From assembly GCF_006345805.1 (NCBI RefSeq), contig NC_042997.1, positions 78,430,001-78,494,000 on the forward strand: a DNA stretch of 64,000 bases, written 5' to 3'. The notes beneath the pieces were generated by a model. The model was not told the DNA's origin and searched no databases. It worked only from the letters and a program-made list of their open reading frames with translations. The number at the start of each line of letters is the position of its first letter. Within the stretch, counting starts at the first letter, position 1. This DNA comes from Octopus sinensis. Taxonomy: Eukaryota. Made by a program: the position numbers and the translations under genes. Positions 41,189 to 55,827 of the stretch are shown here, one piece after another.

Positions 41189-41250
41189 ATCCCTCTATCT
41201 ATCTTCCTCCCCCCTCTCTCTCTCTCTCTCTTTCGTTCTCTCCCTTTTTT
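40660..41250 (+). repeat. Purine-rich low-complexity tract, then (CT)n(CTAT)n
   Basis: Directly visible. Confidence 0.85.
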
Positions 41251-41689
41251 CTTATCTCCTGCTTTTATACAAGATACAATTGTGGCGTCAGCGTCTGACC
41301 AAGTAAATCTACTAATTTTCCATATTGGAGCATCACCAGCCAAACCATATCAACTGTCAATATACCAGCGGCGTTGACTCTATTCATCAAAATATATTAT
41401 CTTGTCCGACTGATTACCGAAGGCTACAAACCAACAATAGTATTTCCTTCGCAAGCGAGATTATTCTCGTGTTTGTTACATCCGCTGCGTAGTGATGGCC
41501 GTAGGATAGAGACGTTCGTTATCTGTGTAGCTATTTTACTTCACTTACGTCGTTAAACCATTTGGAATGGCATAAACACTATTTCATAGTATTTCTCAAA
41601 ACCTCACAATATAGCAACGTTCTGTTTACTCAGAAGCCAGTAGATTCGTTTTGAAGAAGACAAATTAGTTTCCAGCTACATGAAGCGTA

Positions 41690-43760
41690 TGCAAGGAAGT
41701 CTCAATCTTCCTGTTTTAGGGAAACCTGGCTTTTTGAGGATCTCCCAAAGTGCAACTCTTTCTACAGAATCAAACGCTTCTGTAAATAGCGTTTACAGAA
41801 CGTTTTTGTCAGATCAATAAAAACCTGATATAAGTGCATATCCTGTTCGATGCACTTCTCTTGTTCACCACCGTGTTTGTATATCTCTGCACCTAATCCA
41901 TCCATACCAGGAGCCTTTCCATTGTTCAATTTCCCGATCGCCGTTTTTATTTCCGCTAGGTTTGGAACTTCTGCTAAAAGACGTTTTGTTGGTCTTTCAG
42001 GTATATTATCAAGAACAGAGAGATCAACTTCCGTGAGTCTATTGAGCAACTCATCAAAATCCTCTTCCCATCTCCCATCAATATCTTATGAATTTGTTAA
42101 TAATTCTGTGCCATCCCTGCTACGAAGTGGGACTGTTGATGAAGTTGGGCCATAAACCTTTTTCAAGAGAGAGTAAAAAAAACTTGGAATTGTTAGCATC
42201 TATCACTCCAATCACTCTGCTTTGGAATGTGTAGCCACTGCCGTACGCATTGAAAAGTCAGTATTTTGAAACATGTTGAATGCTTTTCGCTTCTCCTCTA
42301 AGATAAGACCAACTTCATCATTATCGTCAAACCAATCCTGGTGCTTTTTCACAAAACTAAGAATGTAACTGCAAACCTCATAGACTTCCAACTTCCATCA
42401 CAGAACAAATTATTTATTTCATTCACAAACTCACTGTGTACTGACGGTATTTTAAGCTTATTGACATCGATCCGTTTAGGTAACTTGTCATTGTTTGCTC
42501 TAACCTTAGGCTTGACGACAAAATTCACCTTAGCATGCAAACGCCTATAGTCCTTCCAGCACTCTGCACCACGCATAACTCGCACAATAGCAAAGACCCT
42601 GGTATCACGTTTCCTAATGAAGATATAATCTATAAGGTGCAATTTCTTAGATCCAGGGTGCATCCATGTCGTTTTATACTTATTTTTAGTTGAAACATTG
42701 TGTTCATAACACACAGATCCATCTCCACACACATATTTGTAATAGCAGTAAACCATAACTGTTGGAAATCCCAACCCCATGCCTTCCTAAAACACACCAA
42801 GTCTCCCAACACTTGCATTAAAATCACCAAAAATAACAAGTTTATCATCAGTGGGGATACTGCATATAATCTCTGTAAATGACAGATAGGAGGCAAGTTT
42901 ATCATCTTCAAATGAATTCATAGTTGGAGAATATGCAGTTATGAGTGTTGCATGATGACCATTTCTTAATGGAAGTCTTAAAGACATCAAACGATTAGAA
43001 TGACTACATGGCAGTTCCTCAAGTTTCGAAACCAGAGTGGTTTTGATTGCAAATCCTACTCCTGATTCTCTCTTATAGGTCTCATCTCCACCGCTCCAAA
43101 ATAAATGATACCCAGCAGATTTCTCAACAAAATTCCTTTTTCCATGAATTCTTGCTGTGGCTAATGCTACAACATCCATATCATATCGCTGTAATGTAAC
43201 TCTTTTGCAACAAGTGCAGATCTCTCCGGACAAGATTTCTGCAGATCATTGTTTAATAAGGTTTGAATGTTCCAACATCCAATATTCATAGGCTTGCACC
43301 TTAATCTGAATTTACTCACGGTTGCAAAATGACAACCGAACCCAGGCTATGGTGCCCTGGGACAGACCACAGAACAAAATGTTCCAGAGTCCTTTTTGCC
43401 ATTTACTTCAATATCAGTATCAACTTTCATTATTTGATTGTGCTTTTTTAGGCTTCGGCGAGCCATTTACATACAAGATGTTAATTTCTTTTTCCCTTCC
43501 AGCAGTACTTGTTCTTGACGCTTTTTAAAGTGATGGAAAGTTTTGCGCAAAGCTAATTCCATTCTCTAAGCTACAAAGTATGATAAAAAAAGAAGCGCAA
43601 GTCAAAATTATTGAGTGTATTTGCAGTCGCAGGTTTTACACCAGAGTGTCCGTCTCCCAGTTTTTTCCCAATCAAATGCTAACTACAAGACAGCAATAAA
43701 GGATTTGAATTCAGAGTTACCTTCTCCCAGATAGATTGCCTTCACCAGGGCTTTGTTAAA
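41690..43760 (-). mobile_element. RTE-clade LINE remnant (5' region, APE endonuclease, internally deleted RT)
   Basis: ESGVGFAIK..RLMSLRLPL..ITAYSPTM..VIFGDFNASVG (42787-43233); TWMHPGSKKLHLIDYIFIRKRD; KAPGMDGLGAEIYKHGG; VFIDLTKTF. Confidence 0.88.
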
Positions 43761-46700
43761 CAAAGGAGCTCCATCAATCCCCTATCTATTTCTATAAACA
43801 CTCACAACAATATATAAAATATAATTTTCTTTTCTTCCTTCCCCATTTTGTTTTACATATAAATGAAATAAAAATACAAATATATACATACATCAAGATA
43901 AAAACCTAAAAGTTCTAAAAAAAAAGAAGAAAGGTCAGGTCGCTCTTGAGCGCTACTGTAACATGTAATCCATTATAACCTGCTACATAGTTGGGTCATC
44001 GGTGACTAAGCTGGCATCCCCACCAAGCTTGCTTGGTGAAGTGGGTGATTGTTGAACACCCTGCGAGACGAAAAGTAAGTCCCGTGAAAAGGCGGAAGAA
44101 CTAATGAGTAGTCAACGACATTCAACAATATATGTGAGTGTGTGGAATGTGTGTGTGTATATATATTGTATATATTGTATTCTTGATCGATGGGGACATA
44201 TAATCCAAGCGGGTACCAATATGCACTTCTACTGATAATGCTGGTTAACATTCGTGAGCTTATGTACCTTCAGTTGGTTGGTTTAACTATCTATCTGTCT
44301 GTCTATCTGTCTGTGTATGTGTAGTAAAACCGTGAATTTCAAAGGATGATGTTAAAAAGATTAATTTTCTAAACGCAACATTAATCGTCTACCTGGAAAT
44401 TTTTAAAGAATTTCAAGGTTTTATAGTGCGTTTAGTTATAATAGGAGGTGGAGAAACTCAAAAGCTTTTCGCAGAATTTGAAGCCGACAGGAAGTATTTG
44501 CTTCCTATTTCGATTGTTATGACAGCTCATGCGATATTTTAAATCTTTTAAAACAGAATCAAGCTCCATCTTTACTGATTAGTCGATGATGAGTCAATCT
44601 TAGAAAGTGGTCGTTTAAAAGCATATCATTTCAACGTTTTTGAATTAATTAATTTAGTTGTAGTTGACTTCCTTTCCAATTTGACTTAAAAGACTTTGCT
44701 TATGTGTATGTTGATATAAAGAGGCTAACAATAATACCCGCAAGATATAGTTTTAAGGATCGAGCAACTTTCCGCAACTGTCCATAGTCATTGCAGTCCT
44801 AAATTACTGGTTGAAAGGAACCGATCCTTATCTCGATATTGATACTACTTTAATAACTGGCAAATATATTAATCTAGTATTCCAATAGGTAACATAATAA
44901 AGAATCTTCAAATATAAGGTGTATTATAAAATTGACTGGTGTTTCGTTAACCCAAAGTCTTTCATAGATTAAAAAAAAATGAGAAAAAAGTTTTATCTCT
45001 CATTGTGAATCACTGCATGAAGACGTGATGTGTCTTCTACCCTACAAGTTACAGTATCTTACTTTTATTTATTATAATTTACGTGATCAAACATAACCAG
45101 ATAAAGAAACAGTAATGCCATAAATAATGTAAAGAGATATACTTACAATGGCTATATTGTCCTTATATCAGAACCTGTAATACTAACACCTATTCATTAT
45201 ATACATAGTAACAGGTATAAAGAAAGAAAAGGTATGGGGACAACTGTGGTAACAAGTTTACTTTTATAACAAAATTTTCTTTGCATAATCATATTATACA
45301 AGCAGAAAACTACCCGGAGGGCAGTATTTCTGCTAGTATGTTGAATTGAAAATGTAATGTGGAAACAAATTGCGCAGTATGTATAGCGTATTATGGTATT
45401 ATAATCGATATTTGAACGAAATCAATATATTAGCTAACGATAAACGCAAAGTTGCAGTAGGCACAGAAAATAACCCAAGGCTTTCATTATTCAAAGAAGC
45501 ACAGTTTACAAATTTATGTATAACCAAATGAAACTTGAAAAAACCTGCATGTAATTCATTATGATAGAGTGTAAAAAATTTTACACAATAGTCTCAAAGT
45601 ATCTAAAAAAAAAAACATTGGAATCATTTATTTTTAAGGAAAACATTTGAAAACAGGCAGTTGAGAGAGTGGGGGGAAGAGAGCATGGCAAGAAGCTGAA
45701 GCTGTAAGCGTGTTTGAAAAAGTTATAAAGATACAAAGTAAACAAATAAGAGACAGAAAGAGAGAGAGAGAGAGAAGGGAGTAAGCCGTTAAAAACGCTA
45801 CGTTGAAAATAAAAGTAAGAGAGGAAAGTTTAAAGGGACAGAGAAAGGAAATACTAATAAAAAAAGAGACAGTAAACAAAGAAAAGATGGATAGACAGAT
45901 GGAGAGAGAAGGGCATTAGGCTTTAAAAATCGCTAGTGAGAATAACAGCAAGAGAGGAAAAGTTGTAAGGATAAAGATAAGGAAAGTGAAAGACTGATCG
46001 AAATAGAGGTAGTAAACAAATAAGAGAGGGAAAGAGAGAGAGAGAATAAAGTAAGGCGTTTAAAAACAGTATCACTCAATTAATTGAACTCTTCTATAAT
46101 AAAAGAAGTTTGATAAAAATAAATTAAAATTCGAATTTATAAGAATTTTCTTGACACTGTAGATTTTGATTGCTTTCTTTTAGTAAAAGTTACGAAATTC
46201 AAGCCAGTTAATAAGCATATTTCCCCTTCATAGTATAGATGCATGAATTCTGAAAGTATTGTGAAACATCAAATTAAGACTTCACTTGCAAAATGGTTCT
46301 TCTCATATGAGCCTTGTAGTAACCATCTAATAGCCCACGAGAATGCAAGCCTTGTTAAATGAGTGGAAGCAGATGGAAAATCACCTTTAATTATTTTCAT
46401 CCTCACCAATGCAGTAAGACATTGATTACTCTGCCAGACATATTTTTGCGGTCAAGTGTCCACTGAGTCTATTTGGTCACTATTTCAGATAAAATAAAAA
46501 CCATCAAAGTAATTAACAACCAAAAATAGAAGCAATAGTAAAGAGGTAAAATTTACGAATCAAAGCTACAGCCTTCACAGATATAGTGCGATTCAGTTAA
46601 TGAAATATTTATACACATAATTCTGTGTATATTCGAGTTTACGTATGTATGTGTACGTGAGAGCGCACGGGCGTGTGTATACACATTATATGTGCATATA

Positions 46701-46944
46701 TGAGTCAAGTAACGCTTCCTTAGCAATACTGTGACATCATGTGACCTTCCTTGACCAATTGCAGCCCATCTATTAGTAGCCACTATGGGTTTTTTGCACT
46801 TCCCCGCTCATTCGGTTTCTAACGGCTTGAGGAGGACTTCGAAATTGAAGTACCACGGAATCCGAATCAGACTGTTTTGAACAATACATGTAACTCCCAA
46901 TAAATCTGTTGAGTGCCCTTTCTTTCGTTTGTCCACTCATTCAG

Positions 46945-47240
<296 letters not shown>

Positions 47241-47439
47241 CGTTTAGGGGTGGAACACGAAATAGATAACGCTACAAAACGTAGCATGTAGAATATTGGG
47301 CCTTTGGATAGAAAAAGTTAATGACTGTGGAACTTGAACTCATATGTTCCATTATATCAAAGTATCCCTTCGAATAAACTCCATCGGTTTTAGAAGCTTT
47401 GTTCCTGTCAAGAATCTAGCAATTTTAAAATAGGTATTT

Positions 47440-48130
47440 TATAATGTTTACAAATTTATAATGAACTCAGATTTCCTGCAGACCATTGGAAATATATTTT
47501 ACTAGTTTTGATTAGGTACAGCATGAAAGCCGAAATGCATCGTCATGACCCAAAACTAACATTTTCAAACTGTCTATAGCTGTGCAAGTCAATCTTTTTG
47601 TAGACTAGCTGTCGGTCCATTTTTTTGAGATCAGCTCACTGATCTCTAAAAGTTTGTTATAAGTTAGAAAGGGATATTTCCTGCTGATAGAATGTTGATA
47701 TGGATCTAGCCCATATAATAATAGTGCTCATGAACTGATATGGAAGGTTTTCCCAACCTACATCAGCATTAATTAATGCACAAGTGGCTGTGAACAAAAA
47801 TGCTTGGTTCTACAGCATCAGCTGACATTTCCAGGAAATAGTCATACCTAGAAATCGATAGGCGCTGTTATGAATCAGAAAGAAATAGCACACAGTCCTG
47901 CAGTATCTTTTAAAATTCCTTAGAACCTTCACATATACTGGCACACAGCCTTCACCTTAGATAAAGAAGTGTGATCCATATTATCGATAATACTATTTTC
48001 AATGAACTTACCAAAGTAGAGCTTCAATTATATCCAAATTTCATTCATACAAAAACACGTGCGCCTTCAGTTTAGAAGATCAATTTCCAAAACACCTATG
48101 CCATGTCAGTCATTGAATCACATTGATAGT
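47440..48130 (+). mobile_element. Possible highly decayed piggyBac-like transposase
   Basis: Broken frames resembling RQYIPxKR, F.IYTG (RTFTYTG) and HI.MDN.F (HIIDNTIF); pattern recognition only. Confidence 0.35.
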
Positions 48131-48779
48131 CGCTGGAATACATCATATAAAAATAATGAATTGCTAATAACTAATTTTATTTGGAATTCTCGAGTGTTGA
48201 AAGCCAGTATGATTATTTTTAACCAATGATTGGTTTTAACCAATGATTGGTTTTAACCAATGACATTACGTATCTTGGCGTACTAATGTGACAATGCTAA
48301 GAAATGCCCAGGCTATGATGGATACAAGCAAAATATTATATAGGCTGGGGCTCGTCGAAATCTTAATGGTATTTCTCTTTCACTGCACACCTTGCAGTTC
48401 AACTAACTGAATATGTGGTTTTCCTCTAGGCACACCGGTTTCCACACGTTAATTCAATACATGGTTTTCTTCCCAACATTCTGGCTTCTACTCATTTTTC
48501 AAATTATTTTAGAATTAACAAATTTCTATAATAAAAGATATTTGATATGCTTGACTAACATAAAAGCCATCTACTCATTAAATTGCGAAATAAACTATTA
48601 ATATTCAATGCGTATCTATATTGAAAATAGCCTAATTTCTTACATGAAAGATAACTTTTCCTGAGAAATCAAATGGAGTTGAATATTACCTTCTTTACGA
48701 AGAATTCTGGCCCTTTTAAAGCTACTTTTCAGCCTGAGCAACGCAGAGTATCCTATGTGGGGAGGGATATTTACATACA

Positions 48780-48817
48780 GACATAGATAGATAGACATAC
48801 AAAAAGACAGACAGACG

Positions 48818-48900
<83 letters not shown>

Positions 48901-48914
48901 GTAGATAAATGTAG

Positions 48915-48945
<31 letters not shown>

Positions 48946-48957
48946 GATAGATAGATA
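48780..48957 (+). repeat. (GATA)n microsatellite
   Basis: Directly visible. Confidence 0.97.
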
Positions 48958-49439
48958 TTTATATATATACATATATGCGCGCGCGCGAGTGTGTGTGTGT
49001 GTGTGTGTGTGTTATACCCACACATTAAATGTTTACAATATTATATACATGGATACATATAAAATACCTCATATATTTGTACATATTAAAGCTAAAAGCT
49101 GACATCATTGTGCTAAAATTATGTAAAATAGTACTTTATTATTTTAATCTTGCAGTCTTCTTTGCTACGAGTTTCTCTAAACAAGCGGGTGATTAAACTC
49201 TGTATAGATACTTAATTCAATCCTTCAGGCATAAACAGGCTTCTTAAAACTTTTGTCGTCCACACCACCGTTTTGTAAATCACGTGTTTCAGTCTCTTTA
49301 TCTTCTTCATCTTTCGTAAGTTATTCTATTCAACAGTTTTCAGAAAACTCATATTTGTATCAGCCGTCATGTCTACAACACCCATTCCGAGCTGAAATTG
49401 GTGACTATGGTTTCAAATTTGTGGTAATGTTTGCAACGC

Positions 49440-50226
49440 TTGAGTGATGATGATGTTAATGGGGCTGCCTTATGGGACATCAGTAATGTGGCCTGAATGA
49501 TGCAGGTGATGCGTTAGAATGTTAATATTATGGTATGGGTGGTAACTGAAGAAGATACTTTGTAAAAAAGGTTATTGTAAGTGGTGGTGATGACGGCTGC
49601 GATGGTGGTGATGACGGCAGTGGTGGTGGTGGTGGCTCTGACAAAGGCTGATAGTCTCGGGTGGTGCTGGTAATGATAATATTGCTATAGGTGTTTCGTT
49701 TGCATGCATCGTGTTGTGATGGTATTTGTAGAGGAGGTTTTCTTGGTAGCAGTAGTCATGCTTGTATTTTAAATAAGATTCTAACAGTTGATATTGATTC
49801 TAGTGTTGGTGATGATACTTGTGAGATTCTGTTGTTGTTGTTGTTGGTGTTGGTGGTGTTGGTGGTGGTGGTGGTGGTGGTGGTGGTGGTGGTGGTGGTG
49901 GTGGTGGTGGTACTGCTGCTACAGCTGTTGATGTTGGGGATAGTGACTGTAGCTGTCATTATGATCTTCGTGATAGTAGTAGTGGTGTCAGTAATATTAG
50001 CGATTTGTAGGATTACTTTAGGTAGTCGTTGTAGTAGTTGTGGGGAAGACAGTAGAGATTAAAGCAGTGGTGATAGCCAAAGAAATGCAATAACTTCACA
50101 CGATCTTATTTAATCGTTTATAAATTTACACTTTTTTGTAGCAAATCATTAATATTACTGTTCGGTACTACTACTACTACTACTACTACTACTACACACG
50201 CGCGCGAGAGAGAGAGTAGCAGCAGC

Positions 50227-50267
<41 letters not shown>

Positions 50268-50270
50268 ACA
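49440..50270 (+). repeat. Decayed (GGT)n/(GTA)n low-complexity region
   Basis: Perfect (GGT)n at about 49850-49910 inside degenerate trinucleotide sequence. Confidence 0.8.
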
Positions 50271-50538
50271 CTGACGTTGTTTTATATAACGAAAATATGG
50301 GAAAGGTAGAGTAGAGGAGGTACTAAACTTGGGAAGAGAGTTTTAAATTATTCAGAATGCTTTCTTTCATAATACAAACATTGATTATTTGAAATCCGTA
50401 CTATTACTGATTGTGGTTAACACGGTTGTATGAGAGGTAATACACTGGAAAGCCAAGCACCGCTGAAGAAAGAGGTAATATAGCCGAGAGCCAAGTGTTC
50501 CCAACCCTGAGTTAGGTTCTTAATAACAATCATTTCAT

Positions 50539-50713
50539 GACCTGACAGACACGTTAGCACCCCGGGCGAAATGCTTAGAATTTCGTCTGTCTTTACGTTC
50601 TGAGTTCAAATTTCATCGAGGTTGATAAATTAAGTACCAGTTGCGTACTGGGGTCGATCTAATCGTTGGCCCCTTCTTCCAAAATTTCGGGCCTTGTACC
50701 TAGAGTAGAAAAG
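50539..50713 (+). mobile_element. 5'-truncated SINE family A with 17-bp TSD
   Basis: aataacaatcatttcat at 50522-50538 and 50714-50730; body gagttcaaatttcatcgagg...aagtaccagttgcgtactgggg. Confidence 0.88.
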
Positions 50714-51179
50714 AATAACAATCATTTCATTTCATTTGGGTCATTAAAGCCTCTGATAATGGCATACATATCACATAATACTAATTCTAACCTTCTGCTG
50801 ATCTCCAATTTTATTCCCACGCAAAACAAAATCAATGTCAGTCTCTGATCTGTCGACACACATATTTCAGACACTTTTGATCTTCACTCAGTCAAGATTA
50901 CTCACCACACGCCTATGTACTACAATTACCCACATACCACTAGTCTCTTTAACTATAATGAACTTTGAGTGAGCAAATTACTAGGAGTTTCGCCATTTTT
51001 TATGCTATTTCTAGCAACAAAAGTGCTTCACTCTTTACTCGTCTCTCAAACAGCTAAAGAGGTGGTCAAAAACAACTTCATAGGTTTGCTTTTTCACGTT
51101 CTTTACACAAACCGATCTGATGGTGACCAGTTATCCAATATCAGTTGGCTCTGAGTTCGGCGAAAGCAGTGTCGTTACA

Positions 51180-51330
51180 TTTGACATTAATAAATCATTT
51201 TACTGTAACTGGCAGGAGAATCTCCGAACTTCGTTTATGTCTCACCCCTTGAGTAGAAGCTTCATGTCAGACAGTACTATTATAGTGCGCCCTGATGAGG
51301 ATCTCACTGATCCGCACTCTATCTACTCTT
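51180..51330 (+). mobile_element. Possible Penelope-like 3' remnant with broken hammerhead motif
   Basis: TGRRISE resembles the GIY-YIG TGRRL.ERF region; CTGATGA-ggatc tcact gatcc-GCAC at 51292-51317. Confidence 0.35.
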
Positions 51331-52829
51331 GTATACTTCCAAACTTCTGTTATTCTTTCCCCGATTCTTTTCTTCCTGTTAATCGATGACCTACACGTCC
51401 CCACTTTCAGCATTGTCCACTCCTATCTTGTGGCACCGCATCAACTCCCTTCATCTTGCTAACACAAGTACCATTCACATTCTATTGTTCTCAATCTGAT
51501 CGAGCTAACCTATGATCAAAAGTATTCCAGCTTTGACCAACTCATGTCTTTGTATATATAGGACTATGTTGCCCATTGTGTCCTCCCCTTTTTAAGATAT
51601 CTTATAATAATTCTGCATGTCATTGCGTTACTTAGCCCGTCGTAACGCTTTCACGTGATTTAGAGAAAAAGAGGGAGAAAGAAAAGAGAGAGGGAGAAAA
51701 TGAGGGAGAGAAGCATATCCGTGACGTGAGGTAGAGGGAAGATTATATTTATTACCTGGTTAAAAAGTTAGTTGAAGACAGTGATATAGAGGGAATTAGA
51801 AATATAATTTTAGCAGATGGGTGATATTCTGATGGAGAGGTTAAAAAAAATAGAGAAAGAGGAGAGAAAGGACAGAGAGGAGAGAGAGAGGAGAGAGAGG
51901 GAGAGAGAAGGGAGAGGGAGAGAGAGGAGGGTGAGAGGAAGAGTGGTGATTGCATAGTGGAAAGTGTAATTTTAAAATTGTTTCTATATATTACCTGTGA
52001 ATAACGTATATAAAGTGTGTATATAAAATGCATTAAGTAATCATCGTATTCCAATTTCTTTCACTTTTCAAAGAGTAGCAGATGGGTGTCTATCTTTCCA
52101 TACAGACACAATACAGGCTACGCTTTGGATAAATTTTTCAGAAATAAGTCAGTAGGTTTACCATTAATTTCTTGAAATATTCACGGGTCCCGCTAGTAAG
52201 GTATAATTTCACTGAGTTTTAACTACAGTTTACAGCAGGTCGAGCGACCATATGGAATTTATTTGGCAAGTTTGTTACTTACATCGGTGAACTATATTAC
52301 TCGGATATCAATTTCAAACGCGTAAGACATATTACGACCATAAGTATAACACAGTGCATGAGATGGCACTTTCCCTGCCATCATCTTATACATTTTATAC
52401 ACATTTTATATACATTTTATAACTGACCTATGAAAATTCTGAAAAATGATTTGATATTATCCGCCAATATACTATGCTTTCGTTTAGTTGGCATAAAATG
52501 TGTCAGCCTAGACACACTGAACAATTTTCAGTTTCACTGCCCATTATAACTCTGTACATCTCTTGATATTTGTGGCGAATGTTTCATGAGATTTGTTAAA
52601 GAGGTATTTACTACTTTGTGTATAAGTGAGTATCAGGAAATAGAGTTGAAGGCACATACATTTTTTTCCAAAAGTCAACTCTTATTTTTGAGTAAAATTT
52701 GTTAATTGTGGGGGGTTGAGAGTATGTGTGAGTTCGCGACATCAACAATGAGTCTTTCAAAGATTTTTTTTAATGTTTGAGGGGATCTTTTAGTGATACA
52801 GTGTTTGTTTGCATTTTGTAGCGTTTAAT

Positions 52830-54946
52830 ACAATTTTTTTTTTTTTTTTGTCTGAAAGCTGGAATATTTCAACGAATTCTTAAGTGATTTTGCCTACTAA
52901 ATTCAAAAATAACTTCAGTTTTTCTCTATCAGGTCTAGTTTTCTGACTAGCCTGATAGAGTAAGTATTTTATTCATACAAGAGACATATAATATGAATTA
53001 ATAAAGAGAGTGTAACACAAAACAAAACAAAGTACAAATAAAGAGAGAGTAACACAAAACAAAACACAGTGCAACTAAAAATTCAAAATTGAAAATGCAC
53101 ATTGGCAAAGACTTTTGGCATAAAATTCAAGGAATAATTTTACGCTTCTTTGTGGCCCATGAATGTCGAACAACAGGAATCGTTCGCCTTGTTCATCGCT
53201 AACAACTCCGAGATTTTCAGGAAAACGATCAAGATGACTAAAAAGATAATGCATTTTGATGCTCATATTCGCACCAATATCACGAAAAGTTGATATCAAG
53301 TTGCTAACAACATGGTCTTCATAGTTTTCACTTTTGTGTTTCCCAAGGAAATTTTGCACTACTTCTGCAAAGGCTAGCTGAGCTGATGCTTCATTTTCGC
53401 TCATTACTTTCATGAAAGTTGTGTCCTTCAAGAGCTTACGGATCTGTGGTCCTTCAAAAGTCCCTGCTTTAAGTTTTTCAATTGTCAAGTCTGGAAATAC
53501 ACTGCAGACATACTTGAAGCACTCACCACTTTTATCAAGAGCTTTGACAAATTGTTTCATCAATCCAAGTTTGATGTGAAAAGGTGGGAAAATGATCTTA
53601 TCTCACTCAACTAAAGGTTCTTCCAATATATTGGCAGCTCTACATGGAGCCATATTTGTTCCAGGCAGCCAGTCTTTCTTAACATAGTGGCTTTCTTGGT
53701 CTCTACTGTCCCACATGCAAAGAAAGCATAGGTATTTGGTAAAACCAGATTGCTGTCCCATGAGAAAATTCACCATCTTTAAGTCAACACAGATGACCTA
53801 TTTATGGTCATGATACAGTATCTTCTCTTAAACCAGCTTAATTCCTTCATATTTTTCCTTCCGAGTTTTTGAGTGGCTGAGTGGGACAAAGCCATAGACA
53901 TTTCTGTTGTGCAACAATACACATTTTAAACTACGCCTAGAGCTGTCTATGAAAAGACGCCATTCCCCTGGTTTGTATTCTTCAAAGCCAAGTTTATTAA
54001 GAAGTCCACTGACATTTCTGCAGTAAATCAGATTTTCCTCTTTTGTGAAGAAAGAAAGGAACTCTTCATGGCGACTCCGATAAAAGGTAAATGGACACCA
54101 TTCTCTAGAAGATTATTCTCTATCAGTCTGGAATCCAACAGTTCTGCACAATTTTTTTGGAGTTTCAAGTCATGAACTAGATCATTCAGCACTACCTGGG
54201 AGAATAGCTGAGGTAAAGTCTCAACTGAAAAGTCTTGGTCTCAAGTTTCATCGTCAGGTGATGATTCTTCTTTGATTGATGGTAAAGTTATCTGAGGCAA
54301 AACATTGAATACGGGAACAGGAAGCTCTCCATTGTGTGGAACCGGTCTAATAGCAGAGGCAAGATTAGGATAGACAAACGTTTGTCGATTTTTCTGGTTA
54401 AAACCCTTCAAATTTAGATTACAAAAATAGTAGTCATCCACGTGATTATAGGGCTCCCGCCATACCATTGGTATAGCAAACCTCATACTTCTCCTTGTCC
54501 CTTTAGTCCATTGTCGCAAATGTTCTGTACATTGTTTTCAGACACTATGTGATGCCCAATATTTAACTAGGTCTCCCAACTTGACCCCAAAATATGCCAT
54601 ATACGCTCTTTCAACAAAATTAGTGATGTTTTTTTCGATTTTCAGGTAATGTGTATTCTTCACAAACACATTTGGAGAATTAACGCAACACTTACTTGAA
54701 GAGGACATCTTGCTCATTTTGTATTGCTTAGTTTACCGAAACATCTAAAAAGCATGGAAAAAGAAAAACTTAGAATTAGAATACGGAAACGAGCACTGCA
54801 TACTTGACGTACACCCATACATAGTGACTATAGGGATGTTCAATAACTTGAAAATTAGTCAAAAAGGTTATATTTGGATTCAGAAGACTGTTTTTGTATA
54901 GCAATGATATCTATTTCCTAAACACCAAAAACTTTGTAGACCAGTG
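52830..54946 (-). mobile_element. Chapaev3-like (CMC superfamily) DNA transposon remnant, copy 1
   Basis: Terminus CACTGGTCTACAAAG on minus strand; MSKMSSSSKCCVNSPNVF; MRFAIPMVWREPYNHVDDYYFC; LGLMKQFVKAL; GPQIRKL; MSIKMHYLFSHLDRFPENLGVVSDEQGERF. Family label from recalled motifs. Confidence 0.8.
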
Positions 54947-55655
54947 TAATTTTTTTATTTTCCTTTTAATTTTATGATTCCAAATAAACGGAAGGCTCAA
55001 AGATAGGGTTTAGATAGGGAACACGTCTCTTTCCTTCTGTGTTCCAGTCATCTATGTACGGCTTTTGGTTTTAGAAATATTTGATACGTGAGTGCTGATA
55101 CGTGCTGCTGGGTGTAAGTATGTTAATAGAAGTTCTTGTGTTTTTGTTGCTCTTGGCCTTGCTTGACAGATCCTATCAGAAAAAGTATTCCAGCATTTTT
55201 TTCTCAGATAATGTACCCCGGAATATATTATTTAATGTGTCCTTTAAAAAAAAAAACCACGGTTGGATGAGGTATGGGAGAGATTCAGATGCTGTTTCAG
55301 AATTTATTGGTTACATTGAGTCTCTTAAAACAAGGGCCTAGTGCTCATTTTTCTGGTTTTTGTTGATGAACCATGCTTATTTTCTTCGATATTGGCTGAT
55401 TGATATAACAAATGACCGCGAAGGAATGGTCATTTCCAGATCTGTTTTCAAGAGTAATCGCTACTAAATAGTATTATATGTGTTGCTCCAATTATCATTT
55501 AAAAATTATGCACACTTAACATAAGACCCAAAGATCTTAGAGTTGTACAGAGTTACCTTCAGAGTTATGACAATATGTGGCCATAGTGCATCGTTGATCC
55601 CTTATGATCAGCCAATGGCTTTTGATTGAATCGAACGTCAGTAAAAAGAGTAAGT

Positions 55656-55699
<44 letters not shown>

Positions 55700-55773
55700 T
55701 ATATGTATGTGTATGCGTGTGTATACATGTATTAGAAATATATCTACTTATGTGTGAGTACACACACACACAC

Positions 55774-55811
<38 letters not shown>

Positions 55812-55827
55812 ATATATATATATATAT

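Noticed and set aside
49691-50062. Hydrophobic ORF resembling a membrane protein, or Thr-rich mucin on the opposite strand
   Set aside because: It arises from decayed (GGT)n/(GTT)n repeats.
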